64,000 bases of DNA, taken from assembly GCA_963828165.1 (NCBI GenBank), contig CAWHDR010000001.1, positions 1,280,001 through 1,344,000 on the forward strand. The letters run 5' to 3'. The stretch is from an uncultured Chloroflexia bacterium (lineage in GTDB: Bacteria > Chloroflexota > Limnocylindria > Limnocylindrales > CSP1-4). Below the pieces are notes generated by a model, which saw nothing but the letters and a program-made list of their open reading frames with translations, did no database searches and was not told the origin of the DNA. A program made the position numbers and the translations under genes. Shown here piece after piece: positions 55,639 to 64,000 of the stretch. Positions within the stretch are counted from its first letter, which is position 1. Each line of letters begins with the position of its first letter.

Positions 55639-56711
55639 TGCACGGCGAGTCTCCGGCCGACCTCGTCGCATCCGACGAGACGGTGGACGACATGGGTCCG
55701 AGCCGAATGCAACGCATCGCGGCGGCGGCCGATCGGCTCGGCTGGATCGCGCTCGTCCTGGCGGTCCTGATGTGTGCGTTCGTCGCGATCGGGACGATCG
55801 TCATCTTCGCCCCGGCCGGGAAGGCGTTCGCCGACTGGCTGACGTACGCGCACGCCGTGGAGCGGGTCCTCGCCGGAGATCCCATCTACCCACCGGAGCA
55901 GCTCACCGGCCCGTACGTCCTGGTCAACGCGACGCTGTTCGGGTACGCCTACCCGCCGTCGTCGGTGCCGCTGTTCATCCCGTTCGCGTCCTACCCGATC
56001 GGTCTGGTGGCGTGGCTCACCCTCAACGTCGGAGCCTTGGTCACCGGCCTCTACGCCGTCCTCCGGCACGAGCTCGGCCGCGTGCGTCCGCTGGAGTTTG
56101 CGGTCGTGCTCTTCGGACTCGCCTTCCTTCGTGGCTTCGCCGAGGGCGTCGCTTTCGGCAACGCGAGCGTCGGGGTCGCCGGTCTGCTCGCGTGGTGCTG
56201 GGTCATCGGGCGCGGGCGCCCTCAGGTCGGTTTGCTGGCCGGTCTCGGGGCGACGATCAAGCTCGTTCCGGGCGCGGCCGTGTTCTGGGCGACGCGCCAA
56301 ACATTCCCCCGCGTCGTGCTCGCCGCGCTGGCCGTGGGTGGTGCGCTTTTCGTCCTCACGTTGCCGCTGGTTGGCATCCAGTCGTGGTTCGACTACGCCA
56401 GGGCTCTGTCGTTCTCGATCCCGGCGTGCGGCGCGGAGCCGCCCACATCCGTCGCCTGCAACCTCCAGCCGTTCGTCGGGCCCGGTACGGCGAAGCTGGC
56501 CGGGATCGCGCTCGCGCTCGTGGCTGGCGGGTTGGCAGTGCTCGTCCGCCGGCCACTCCTGTCCTTCGCCCTGGTCGTCATCGCGTGGCTTTCACCGGTG
56601 ACCGATCTCCACTTCCATTACCTGCTTGTGGTCTACGTCCTTGTGGTCGTGACCTGTGCGACGTGGCTCGGCAAGAGACGCCAACTGGTACCAACGACGC
56701 CGCCGGCCTGA
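55638..56711 (+). CDS. GT87-like glycosyltransferase
   Basis: ADWLTY, YAYPP, GNAS, IKLVP, HFHY. Confidence 0.8.
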   Translation: MHGESPADLVASDETVDDMGPSRMQRIAAAADRLGWIALVLAVLMCAFVAIGTIVIFAPAGKAFADWLTYAHAVERVLAGDPIYPPEQLTGPYVLVNATLFGYAYPPSSVPLFIPFASYPIGLVAWLTLNVGALVTGLYAVLRHELGRVRPLEFAVVLFGLAFLRGFAEGVAFGNASVGVAGLLAWCWVIGRGRPQVGLLAGLGATIKLVPGAAVFWATRQTFPRVVLAALAVGGALFVLTLPLVGIQSWFDYARALSFSIPACGAEPPTSVACNLQPFVGPGTAKLAGIALALVAGGLAVLVRRPLLSFALVVIAWLSPVTDLHFHYLLVVYVLVVVTCATWLGKRRQLVPTTPPA

Positions 56712-56757
56712 CCGGGTGGCGCATCACGTGACCGCCCCGGCATGGCAAACTCCGCCG

Positions 56758-59022
56758 ATGCCTCACCAACGCGCCGTTGTGCTTGCCATCTTCATCCTGT
56801 CCGGCGCAGCCGGGCTCATCTACGAGATCGTATGGTCGCGCCAGCTCGTCCTCGTGTTCGGGAATACGACCCAGGCCGTGTCGGCCATCCTCACCGGGTT
56901 CTTCGGAGGGATGGCGATCGGCGCCACCCTCGGCGGGCGGATCGCCGACCGGGTTCGCTCGCCGCTGCGCATGTACGGCCTGCTGGAGATAGCTCTCGTC
57001 GTGGTGGTGCTCGTGACGCCAGTGACGTTCGGGCTCATCAACGACGTCTACCGCGGCATCTATCCGGCGATCCAGGGCACCCCCATGCTCGCAATCGCCC
57101 GCCTCGTCCTCGCGGTCCTCGCCCTGGCGCCGGCGACCATCATGATGGGCGCCACGTTCCCTGCCCTCGTCCGGCATTTCACTCGCACGGCGGTGCTCGG
57201 CCAGGCGTTCGGCCGACTCTATTCAGCAAACACGATGGGCGCGGTCGTCGGCACCCTGCTCGCGGGACTCGTCCTCATCGAGCTGCTCGGGCTGAGCGGT
57301 GCCCTCCGGGTGGGGGCGTTGTGCTCCGGGATCGCCGGTCTCGTCGCGCTCTGGCTGGCCCGGGGCGACAGCGGCGTCGTCGCGGTCGCCGAAGAGCCAG
57401 GACCCGCCCGCCCGACCGCAACCGGCGCGACAGCCCCCGGCCTGAGCGCCGCGGGCAAGATCATCTGGCTGCCCTTGGTCATCGCCTTCGTGTCCGGCCT
57501 GACGTCACTTGGCTACCAGGTGGCGTGGACCCGACTGCTCACGTCGGGAACGGGCGGCCTGACCTACGTCTTCACGGTCATCCTGGCGTTGTTCCTCATC
57601 GGCATCGCGCTCGGCGCGACTACGTTCAATGCGTTCCGCCCACGGATCAAGGACCCCGTCCGTGTCCTCGCCTTCTCGCAGATCGCCGTGGCGATCCTCA
57701 GCGTGGCCGGGTTGATCCTGATCATCTCGCAGCCACGATCCCTGGACGCCAGCAACCCGATGGGATCGATGGGGGTCCTGATGGGTGCGGCGATCCTGAC
57801 CGTCCTGCCCGTCACGGTGGTGATGGGATTTGCCTTTCCGACGGCCTCGGAACTGCTGCGGGACGAACGAGGCTCGGGCGGGTCCGAGTCGGGCCTGCTC
57901 CTCGGGGTGAATACGACGGGCGCCATCATCGGCAGCCTCGTCATCCCCTTCGTGCTCATGCCGACGATCGGGTCGCCCTTGATCATCGTCGTGCTGGCCT
58001 TGATCAACATCGCGCTCGGCGTCGGCCTAGCGCTGTGGGCCCGACCGCGCCGAGCCGTGCTCGCCGGCGGCGGGGCGATCATCGGGGTGCTCATCCTGGT
58101 CCTGGCGACCATCCCAGGCGTCGTCGTCCAACCGAACGTCGCCCGCATCCTCGACCGGGGCGCCGCCCTGTTCGAGTCACGGGAGGACGAGATCGCCTCG
58201 GTCCAGGCCGGCCAGGTGGGCCAGACGCCGGAGCTGTGGGTCGGAGGCACGTCGATGACGCTGCTCACCGTCGACGCGAAGCTCATGCCGATCCTGCCGT
58301 TGATCGCCCGGCCCGAATCGGAGCGCGCGCTCGTCGTGGCCTTCGGGATGGGGACCGCCCACCGGACCGCGCTGATCGCGGGTCTGCGAACGGACACCGT
58401 CGAGCTCGTCCCGTCGGTCCCGGCGATGTATGGCTGGTATTACTCGGACGCGAACGAGGTGCTGGCCGACCCGAACGGGCGGGTCATCGTCGCCGACGGC
58501 CGGAACCATCTCGAGCTGGTCGCGGACGCCTTCGACATCATCGTCACGGACCCGCCGCCGCCGATCCAGAGCTCCGGCGTGTCGGTCATCTCATCGCTCG
58601 AGTACTACGAGGCCGGTCGGGATCACCTCACCGACGGTGGCGTGATGATGCAGTGGACGCCGTACGGCACGTCCGAGGCCGACCTGAAGGAGCACATCCG
58701 GACGTTCGCGACGGTCTTCCCGCATGTGACCGTCGTGCACGGATTTGCCGGATACGGCTTCTACATGCTCGGCTCCACCGAGCCGATCACCCTGGATCCG
58801 GCTGCCGGCAGGTCCGTCCTCGAGCGACCCGGCGTGCTCGAGGACATCTCGAGCGCGTTCGATTCGCCCGAGTCGACGGTCGATGGCTGGCTGGCGCTCA
58901 TCGACGAGCGGACATGGCTCGTCGACGACGAGGTTCGCGCGCATGCCGGGACCGGGCCACTCATCACGGACGACGAGCCGCGACCCGAGTACTTCCTCCT
59001 CCGTGAGCTGGGGATCGACTAG
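56758..59022 (+). CDS. fused MFS-like membrane / spermidine-synthase-like SAM-binding protein
   Basis: SGAAGLIYEIVWSR, YSANTMGA, about 13 TM segments, then FGMGT, VELVP, DGR, DIIVTDPP. Confidence 0.88.
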   Translation: MPHQRAVVLAIFILSGAAGLIYEIVWSRQLVLVFGNTTQAVSAILTGFFGGMAIGATLGGRIADRVRSPLRMYGLLEIALVVVVLVTPVTFGLINDVYRGIYPAIQGTPMLAIARLVLAVLALAPATIMMGATFPALVRHFTRTAVLGQAFGRLYSANTMGAVVGTLLAGLVLIELLGLSGALRVGALCSGIAGLVALWLARGDSGVVAVAEEPGPARPTATGATAPGLSAAGKIIWLPLVIAFVSGLTSLGYQVAWTRLLTSGTGGLTYVFTVILALFLIGIALGATTFNAFRPRIKDPVRVLAFSQIAVAILSVAGLILIISQPRSLDASNPMGSMGVLMGAAILTVLPVTVVMGFAFPTASELLRDERGSGGSESGLLLGVNTTGAIIGSLVIPFVLMPTIGSPLIIVVLALINIALGVGLALWARPRRAVLAGGGAIIGVLILVLATIPGVVVQPNVARILDRGAALFESREDEIASVQAGQVGQTPELWVGGTSMTLLTVDAKLMPILPLIARPESERALVVAFGMGTAHRTALIAGLRTDTVELVPSVPAMYGWYYSDANEVLADPNGRVIVADGRNHLELVADAFDIIVTDPPPPIQSSGVSVISSLEYYEAGRDHLTDGGVMMQWTPYGTSEADLKEHIRTFATVFPHVTVVHGFAGYGFYMLGSTEPITLDPAAGRSVLERPGVLEDISSAFDSPESTVDGWLALIDERTWLVDDEVRAHAGTGPLITDDEPRPEYFLLRELGID

Positions 59023-59966
59023 CCTCGCAGCCGAGCCTCGCGCCAACGTCGGCCGACCTCGAATCTGCTGAGATCCAGCGACGGCGGTCGCTCGACCAGC
59101 CGCGTGGCGGCCACCCAGAACACCAGAAAGCCGAGGCCGTAGAGGGCCGGCAAGGACCAGCCGCACGCGACAGGGACCGTCCACGGTCGATTCGTCCGCG
59201 CGCCCCACACGACCAGTGGCGCGGCGGTCGCGAGTCGGATGCCGAACGGGACGAAGAACGCCTCCAGCGGTGGATCGCTCATCGTGCCGTTGCGCCCCAC
59301 GAAGTCGATGAATTCGTACCACAGCGCCGGGCTCAGGGCGAACGAGATCGCGAGGATCGCGGTGCTCGCTGCTGCCCCGATCGCCGCGGCGCGCCATTCG
59401 CCGCGCAGCGGGTGCCACCACCAGCCGATCGCGGAGGTGACCTTCGTGACCAACTGGATCGACCACACCGAAGGGTGCCGGAGGGCGACGATGGTCAATG
59501 CGGCGAGGATCCACTGGAGGTTGCCCATCAGCGCGTAGCCGAGGAAGGTCGCCGCGACCTGTGGGCCGATCTTGAAGAGCAGGAACGGGAGCCCGAGAGC
59601 GAGCAGCACCCACGACCAGCGCCCCGCGCAGTACCACATGGACGCAAAGATGGCAGTCGTCAGGATCGTCACGAACACAGGCCAGCCGATGGGCTGCAGG
59701 AACGTCATGACCTGTGCGACCGGCGGTGGGTAGAAGAGGTAGCCGGTCGCCACCTCGGACCAATGCTCCGGATAGAGGTTCTGGGACTGACCGGCCTCCC
59801 AGTAGGCGACGGCGTCGATCGGCAGCGCCAGAACGCCCGTTGCCTGGGCCAGACCGCAGAGGACCCCGAGGATGAGCATCGCGTCGCGGTGGATGCTCGG
59901 CGTCCACCCACTGACGCGAATCAGGGTTCTTTCACGGCCATAGGAAGCCAAGCGCTCGATCCTCAT
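59019..59966 (-). CDS. GT87-like glycosyltransferase
   Basis: IDAVAYW, LFYPPP, GNLQ, TKVT; paralog of 51479-52357. Confidence 0.75.
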   Translation of the reverse strand: MRIERLASYGRERTLIRVSGWTPSIHRDAMLILGVLCGLAQATGVLALPIDAVAYWEAGQSQNLYPEHWSEVATGYLFYPPPVAQVMTFLQPIGWPVFVTILTTAIFASMWYCAGRWSWVLLALGLPFLLFKIGPQVAATFLGYALMGNLQWILAALTIVALRHPSVWSIQLVTKVTSAIGWWWHPLRGEWRAAAIGAAASTAILAISFALSPALWYEFIDFVGRNGTMSDPPLEAFFVPFGIRLATAAPLVVWGARTNRPWTVPVACGWSLPALYGLGFLVFWVAATRLVERPPSLDLSRFEVGRRWREARLRG

Positions 59967-60077
59967 CCTTGCAGGGACTGGTCAACCCGTCATCATCAAA
60001 CTCCGTGGTGTGTCGATGCGCAAGAGGGTACTTATGACCCCTTCTTCTCACTTGACCGCAGCAGGGATACCGCGAGG

Positions 60078-62375
60078 ATGACCTCCGTCGACCCCTCCGG
60101 AGGACCCGTGACCGCCCGCTCCTTGACGCTCGCCCGCCCGCTGCTGGGGGCGACCCTCCCGTTCGCGCTGCCCATCGGCCTGTCGGCGTTCCTCCTCTTC
60201 AGCGTGCAGCCCCTCGTGGGCCGGCTCGTACTGCCGGTGTTCGGTGGCACGCCGGCGGTCTGGGCGACCGTCCTGTTCTTCTTCCAGGGCGTTCTCCTCG
60301 TCGGATACCTGTACGGGCACCTGTCGGTGACGCGCCTCGGGTCCTGGGGGCCACCGCTGCACCTCGTCCTGGCGACGCTGGCGGTCATCGCGTTGGTCTT
60401 CGCCCCGGCCAACCTGGGCTCGGTGCGGATCGAAACGGTCCCGCCCGTCCTCGATCTCATCCGGATCCTGCTCGTGCTCATCGGCCTGCCTGCACTCGTC
60501 CTGACGACGACTACCCCGCTGGTGAGTGGCTGGTTCGAGGCAGCTCGGGAGCGCGAGACCGTCGGCGACCCGTACTGGCTTTACGCCTTGAGCAACGGCG
60601 GGTCGCTCCTGGCCCTGATCGCCTACCCGCTGCTGATCGAGCCGCGTCTCGGGCTCGGGGCACAGCGTGGGGTGTGGGCGGTCGCCTACGCCGTGCTCGT
60701 CGTGCTGCTGGCGGTCGCTGCTTCGCGCGCCATTCCCGCGATACGCGCTCGCGTCGCGACCGCGACGACCGAGGCCGCCCTGGCAAGATCATCGGCGGCG
60801 GTCGCGGCGCCCGCCATCACGTGGAGCCGCCGAGGGCGCTGGCTCCTGCTCGCCGCGGTCCCGTCGGGCCTGCTGTCCGCCGTGACCATGTTCATCTCGA
60901 CCGACCTCGTGTCCGCGCCGCTCCTGTGGGTCGCGCCGCTGTCGATCTACCTCGTGACCTTCATCGTCGCATTCTCGCCTCGTGGCCAGCGCTGGATCGG
61001 ACGCGCGGTGCTGGCGGCACCCGCGATGATCACGCTGCTGTGGGTCCCGTACGGCTCGGCCGGTGGGTGGCCGGTCCTGGCGGTGCTCGCTATGGAGCTG
61101 ATCGCATTCGGGATCGTGGCGACGGCCCTCCACGGACGGCTGGCCCGGGATCGGCCGGACCCGTCGCGCTTGACCGAGTTCTATCTGATCCTGTCGCTCG
61201 GTGGCGCGCTCGCGAGCGCTTTCGTCGCCCTTGTCGCGCCGACCGTCTTCCCGGGTGTGTGGGAGCTGCCGATCCTGCTCGTCGGGGCCCTGGTCGGGCT
61301 CGCGCTCGTCGCCCCCAAGGTCCCGCCCCGGGCCCACAGCGGCCGTGGCCTCGACTTCAGCCCGTTCATCGGCGGCGCCCGCGAGCGTCTCCTGCCCTAC
61401 GGCGTCGCCGCCGCGCTGCTGGTGGTCGCGTTGCTCTTCACCGGCGCCCTCGCAACGGAGGCCGGCATCCGCTGGCTCCTCGTCGGCGGCCTCGTCCTGC
61501 TCGTCGGGGCACGCCCGTGGTTCCTCGCACTGGCGACAGCCTACGTGCTGGCGCTGGCGACGTTCGTCCTCCAGCCGCCGGCGGAGTTCCGTGACCGCAG
61601 CTTCTTCGGCGTCACCGAGGTCCTTGAGTCGCCGAACGGCCAGCTGACGCTGCTGATGAACGGCACCACCGTGCACGGATCGCAATCGAACGATCCGGCC
61701 AAGCGTCGGTCGCCCCAGAGTTATTACGTGCGCGGCGGCCCTGTCGGTGACCTCTTCGCGATCAACGCCAAGGTCCCGGGCGCCGGGACCGTCGGCGTCG
61801 CCGGTCTGGGTGGTGGCGCCCTGGCGACATACGCAGATCAGGCCGCGTCGATGACCTTCTTCGAGATCGACCCGGTCGTCATCGAGGTCGCGTCCGATCC
61901 TCGCTTCTTCACGTACCTCGCCGACGCACCCACCCGACCGACCATCATCGAGGGCGATGCCCGACTCTCCTTCGAGGACGAGCCGGACGGCCGCTACGAC
62001 CTCCTGATCATGGATGCGTTCTCATCGGACTCGGTCCCGGTCCACCTCCTGACGGTCGAGGCGATCATCGACGAGATCCGGATCACCAAGCCCGACGGCA
62101 CACTCGTGTTCCACATCTCCAATCGGTACTACAACTTGGCGCCGGCCATCGCCGCCGCCGTCTCGGCGCAGGGCCTGACGACGCTCGAGAAGGTCCACGT
62201 CATGGGCGCGGTCAGGGAGCCAGGCGAGACGCCGTCGCGTTGGCTCGCGGCGTCAAAGGACGCAGGCACGATCGAAGAGCTTCGCGCGGCGGGCTGGACC
62301 CCGGTCACCCCGTCGGACCGCCCATTCACGGACGACTACGCCGACCTGCTTCGCTACATCTACCTCGGCCTGTAG
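60078..62375 (+). CDS. fused MFS-like membrane / spermidine-synthase-like SAM-binding protein
   Basis: SAFLLFSVQP, FGGTPAVW, YALSNGGS, RSFFG, HGSQ, GLGGG, EIDP, DAFSSD.VP.HLLT.E. Confidence 0.9.
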   Translation: MTSVDPSGGPVTARSLTLARPLLGATLPFALPIGLSAFLLFSVQPLVGRLVLPVFGGTPAVWATVLFFFQGVLLVGYLYGHLSVTRLGSWGPPLHLVLATLAVIALVFAPANLGSVRIETVPPVLDLIRILLVLIGLPALVLTTTTPLVSGWFEAARERETVGDPYWLYALSNGGSLLALIAYPLLIEPRLGLGAQRGVWAVAYAVLVVLLAVAASRAIPAIRARVATATTEAALARSSAAVAAPAITWSRRGRWLLLAAVPSGLLSAVTMFISTDLVSAPLLWVAPLSIYLVTFIVAFSPRGQRWIGRAVLAAPAMITLLWVPYGSAGGWPVLAVLAMELIAFGIVATALHGRLARDRPDPSRLTEFYLILSLGGALASAFVALVAPTVFPGVWELPILLVGALVGLALVAPKVPPRAHSGRGLDFSPFIGGARERLLPYGVAAALLVVALLFTGALATEAGIRWLLVGGLVLLVGARPWFLALATAYVLALATFVLQPPAEFRDRSFFGVTEVLESPNGQLTLLMNGTTVHGSQSNDPAKRRSPQSYYVRGGPVGDLFAINAKVPGAGTVGVAGLGGGALATYADQAASMTFFEIDPVVIEVASDPRFFTYLADAPTRPTIIEGDARLSFEDEPDGRYDLLIMDAFSSDSVPVHLLTVEAIIDEIRITKPDGTLVFHISNRYYNLAPAIAAAVSAQGLTTLEKVHVMGAVREPGETPSRWLAASKDAGTIEELRAAGWTPVTPSDRPFTDDYADLLRYIYLGL

Positions 62376-62390
62376 CGGCGCGCAGGCCTG

Positions 62391-64000
62391 TCAGACAGCT
62401 GGCTGGCCCGTCTCCGGGATGAGGCCCGTACCTGGGGCATCGTCCTCTTCGACCAATTCCCGATCGGCGAGCAACCGGACACGCGTAGCCAGGAGCCAGG
62501 CGGCCGCGTAGAGCGCGCCCACGATCCCGAGCAGCCAGCCATAGCCGCTGATCAGGGCCACGTATTCGATCGCACCCCCCACAACAGCGCCGAGCAGGTT
62601 CGACGCGAACGCCATGTCGGCCACCTTGGTGTCGCGGAACGAGTAGCTGAAGACGAGGTTCGCGAAGAAGATCGGAGCAAACGCGAGCGCTGAGGCCAGG
62701 ACGTATCGAAGCCAGATCGGCTCGATCAACAGGGACGACGGCGGGAGCACGACCGCGAGCGCCAGGGAGCCAAATAGCGCCGCGTACAGGAACGCCGGGT
62801 TCCGGAACCGCCATCGACGGTTGACGGCGATGGCCAGCAGGACGCTTGCGAGTACGGCAAAGAACACGAGCGCGTTGACGAGCCACGTCGTTCCGAACAG
62901 CAGACTGAAGGTCGCGAGGCTCTTCGTCTCGAGGAGGAGGAATGCCACGCCGAGCACGAAGAAGTGGGGGCTGAAGTCGCGCAGCGACGTCCCGCTCCGG
63001 ACGGCCGCGCGCCCGACGATCAGCACCGCGAAAGCGATGATGATCGAGAGAGCGAGGATGTAATAGGGCGCGACGAACCGGTCCTTGAGGTACAGGAACG
63101 GCCAGTCGTCGGTCGCCGCGGCTGGGGCAGCCGACAGGTCGAGGTGTTCCGCCGCCTCGCCGGGCGGTGATCCGCCATCGAGCGACGAAATCAGCGGGCC
63201 GGCAGCGAAGGTCAGCGCCACCGAGCCGTATTGCCGGACGATGGGCGGACTCCCGAAGCTGTCGTCGAGCATCCCGGCGATCTTCTGCGGCAGCCACTCC
63301 TCCCGGTAGAAGTTGTAGAGCACGAACACGCCGTCCGGGGATAGCCGATCGCGTACCTCGTCAAAGGCCTCCGATGTGAACAGGTACGACTCGAGACGCA
63401 GGTTCGCCGACGTGCTGACGAGGGTGAGTGAATCGGGAAGGGCGAAGATCACGAGGTCGTACTCGTCCGTGCTGCGTCGCAGGAACGCTCGGCCGTCGTC
63501 GACGACGCGTCGTACTCGCGGGTCGTCGTACGGGCGGTTCGGATGGTTCCGGACGCCGATGTCCTGGATCCGTCGGGTCGATCTCCACGGCATCGATGCT
63601 CGATGCGCCGTGCTTGAGCGCGACGGCCGCGTCGGTACCGGAACCGGCCCCGACGATGAGCACCCGATCGAAGGTCCGCTCCGGGAACCACCGATAGATC
63701 TGCTCGTAGAAGGGGTCGATCAGCTTGTCGAGCGGCCACATGCCCTGGTGCGGGATGCCGTTCACGCTGATGGCTCCGACTCCCTGGGCTCGGTATTCCT
63801 CGATGCGGTAGTACGGGGACCACGTCTGGTTGGACGGCGTGCTGACGACAGACCAACGCGAGGACGACGCCGAGCGAGGCTGCCGTGACAGTCGAAGATG
63901 GACGCAGTCCAGACCCCAGACCCATCAGCGACGACCAGGACCGCCACGACGCAGAACCACACGAACGGGGGCGTCCCTGCGGCGGAGAGGACCGTGAAGA
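62391..64000 (-). CDS. membrane-bound spermidine-synthase-like protein (5' end outside window; frameshifts near 63850, 63770, 63572)
   Basis: WSPYY, NGIPHQ, IVGAGSGTD, VEIDP, DDGR, ALPDS, DDWPFLY, C-terminal TM segments with NLLGA. Confidence 0.8.

Overview
High-GC bacterial chromosomal window. Gene content and order suggest a monoderm, most likely Chloroflexota (inference). The left part (1-29 kb) is housekeeping: CPA2 antiporter, J-domain protein, AI-2E transporter, DUF2344, rplU-rpmA-rpmE, DUF1385-prfA-glycogen-debranching-like GH-prmC-Cof-tsaC-glyA-wecA-like, a complete F1Fo ATP synthase operon, murA (Cys->Asp type), mreB, PHP, a flippase-like protein and an XRE regulator. The minus strand from 47.4 to 29.1 kb runs: two GT-C glycosyltransferases, DegS-like kinase, DegU-like regulator, a kinase with a degenerate ATP-binding domain, five Flp pilin genes (four in an (A-B)2 tandem duplication missed by the ORF track), cpaB-cpaE-cpaF-tadB-tadC, DUF192, comF, hpf, nfo and another GT-C gene. 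The 44-64 kb region is a dense envelope-glycosylation cluster: about ten GT-C transferases, one GT2 polyprenol-P-sugar synthase, a methyltransferase and three membrane-fused spermidine-synthase-like proteins lacking the canonical aminopropyltransferase motif. The best candidates for novelty are the coupled glycosyltransferase/phosphorelay/pilin operon, the pilin array, the GT-C cluster and a 92-nt covarying structured intergenic repeat. Many single-base frameshifts, probably sequencing errors, affect 39.6-51 kb and 63.5-64 kb. No rRNA, tRNA, CRISPR or transposase was seen. Family assignments come from motif recognition by eye, not database searches.
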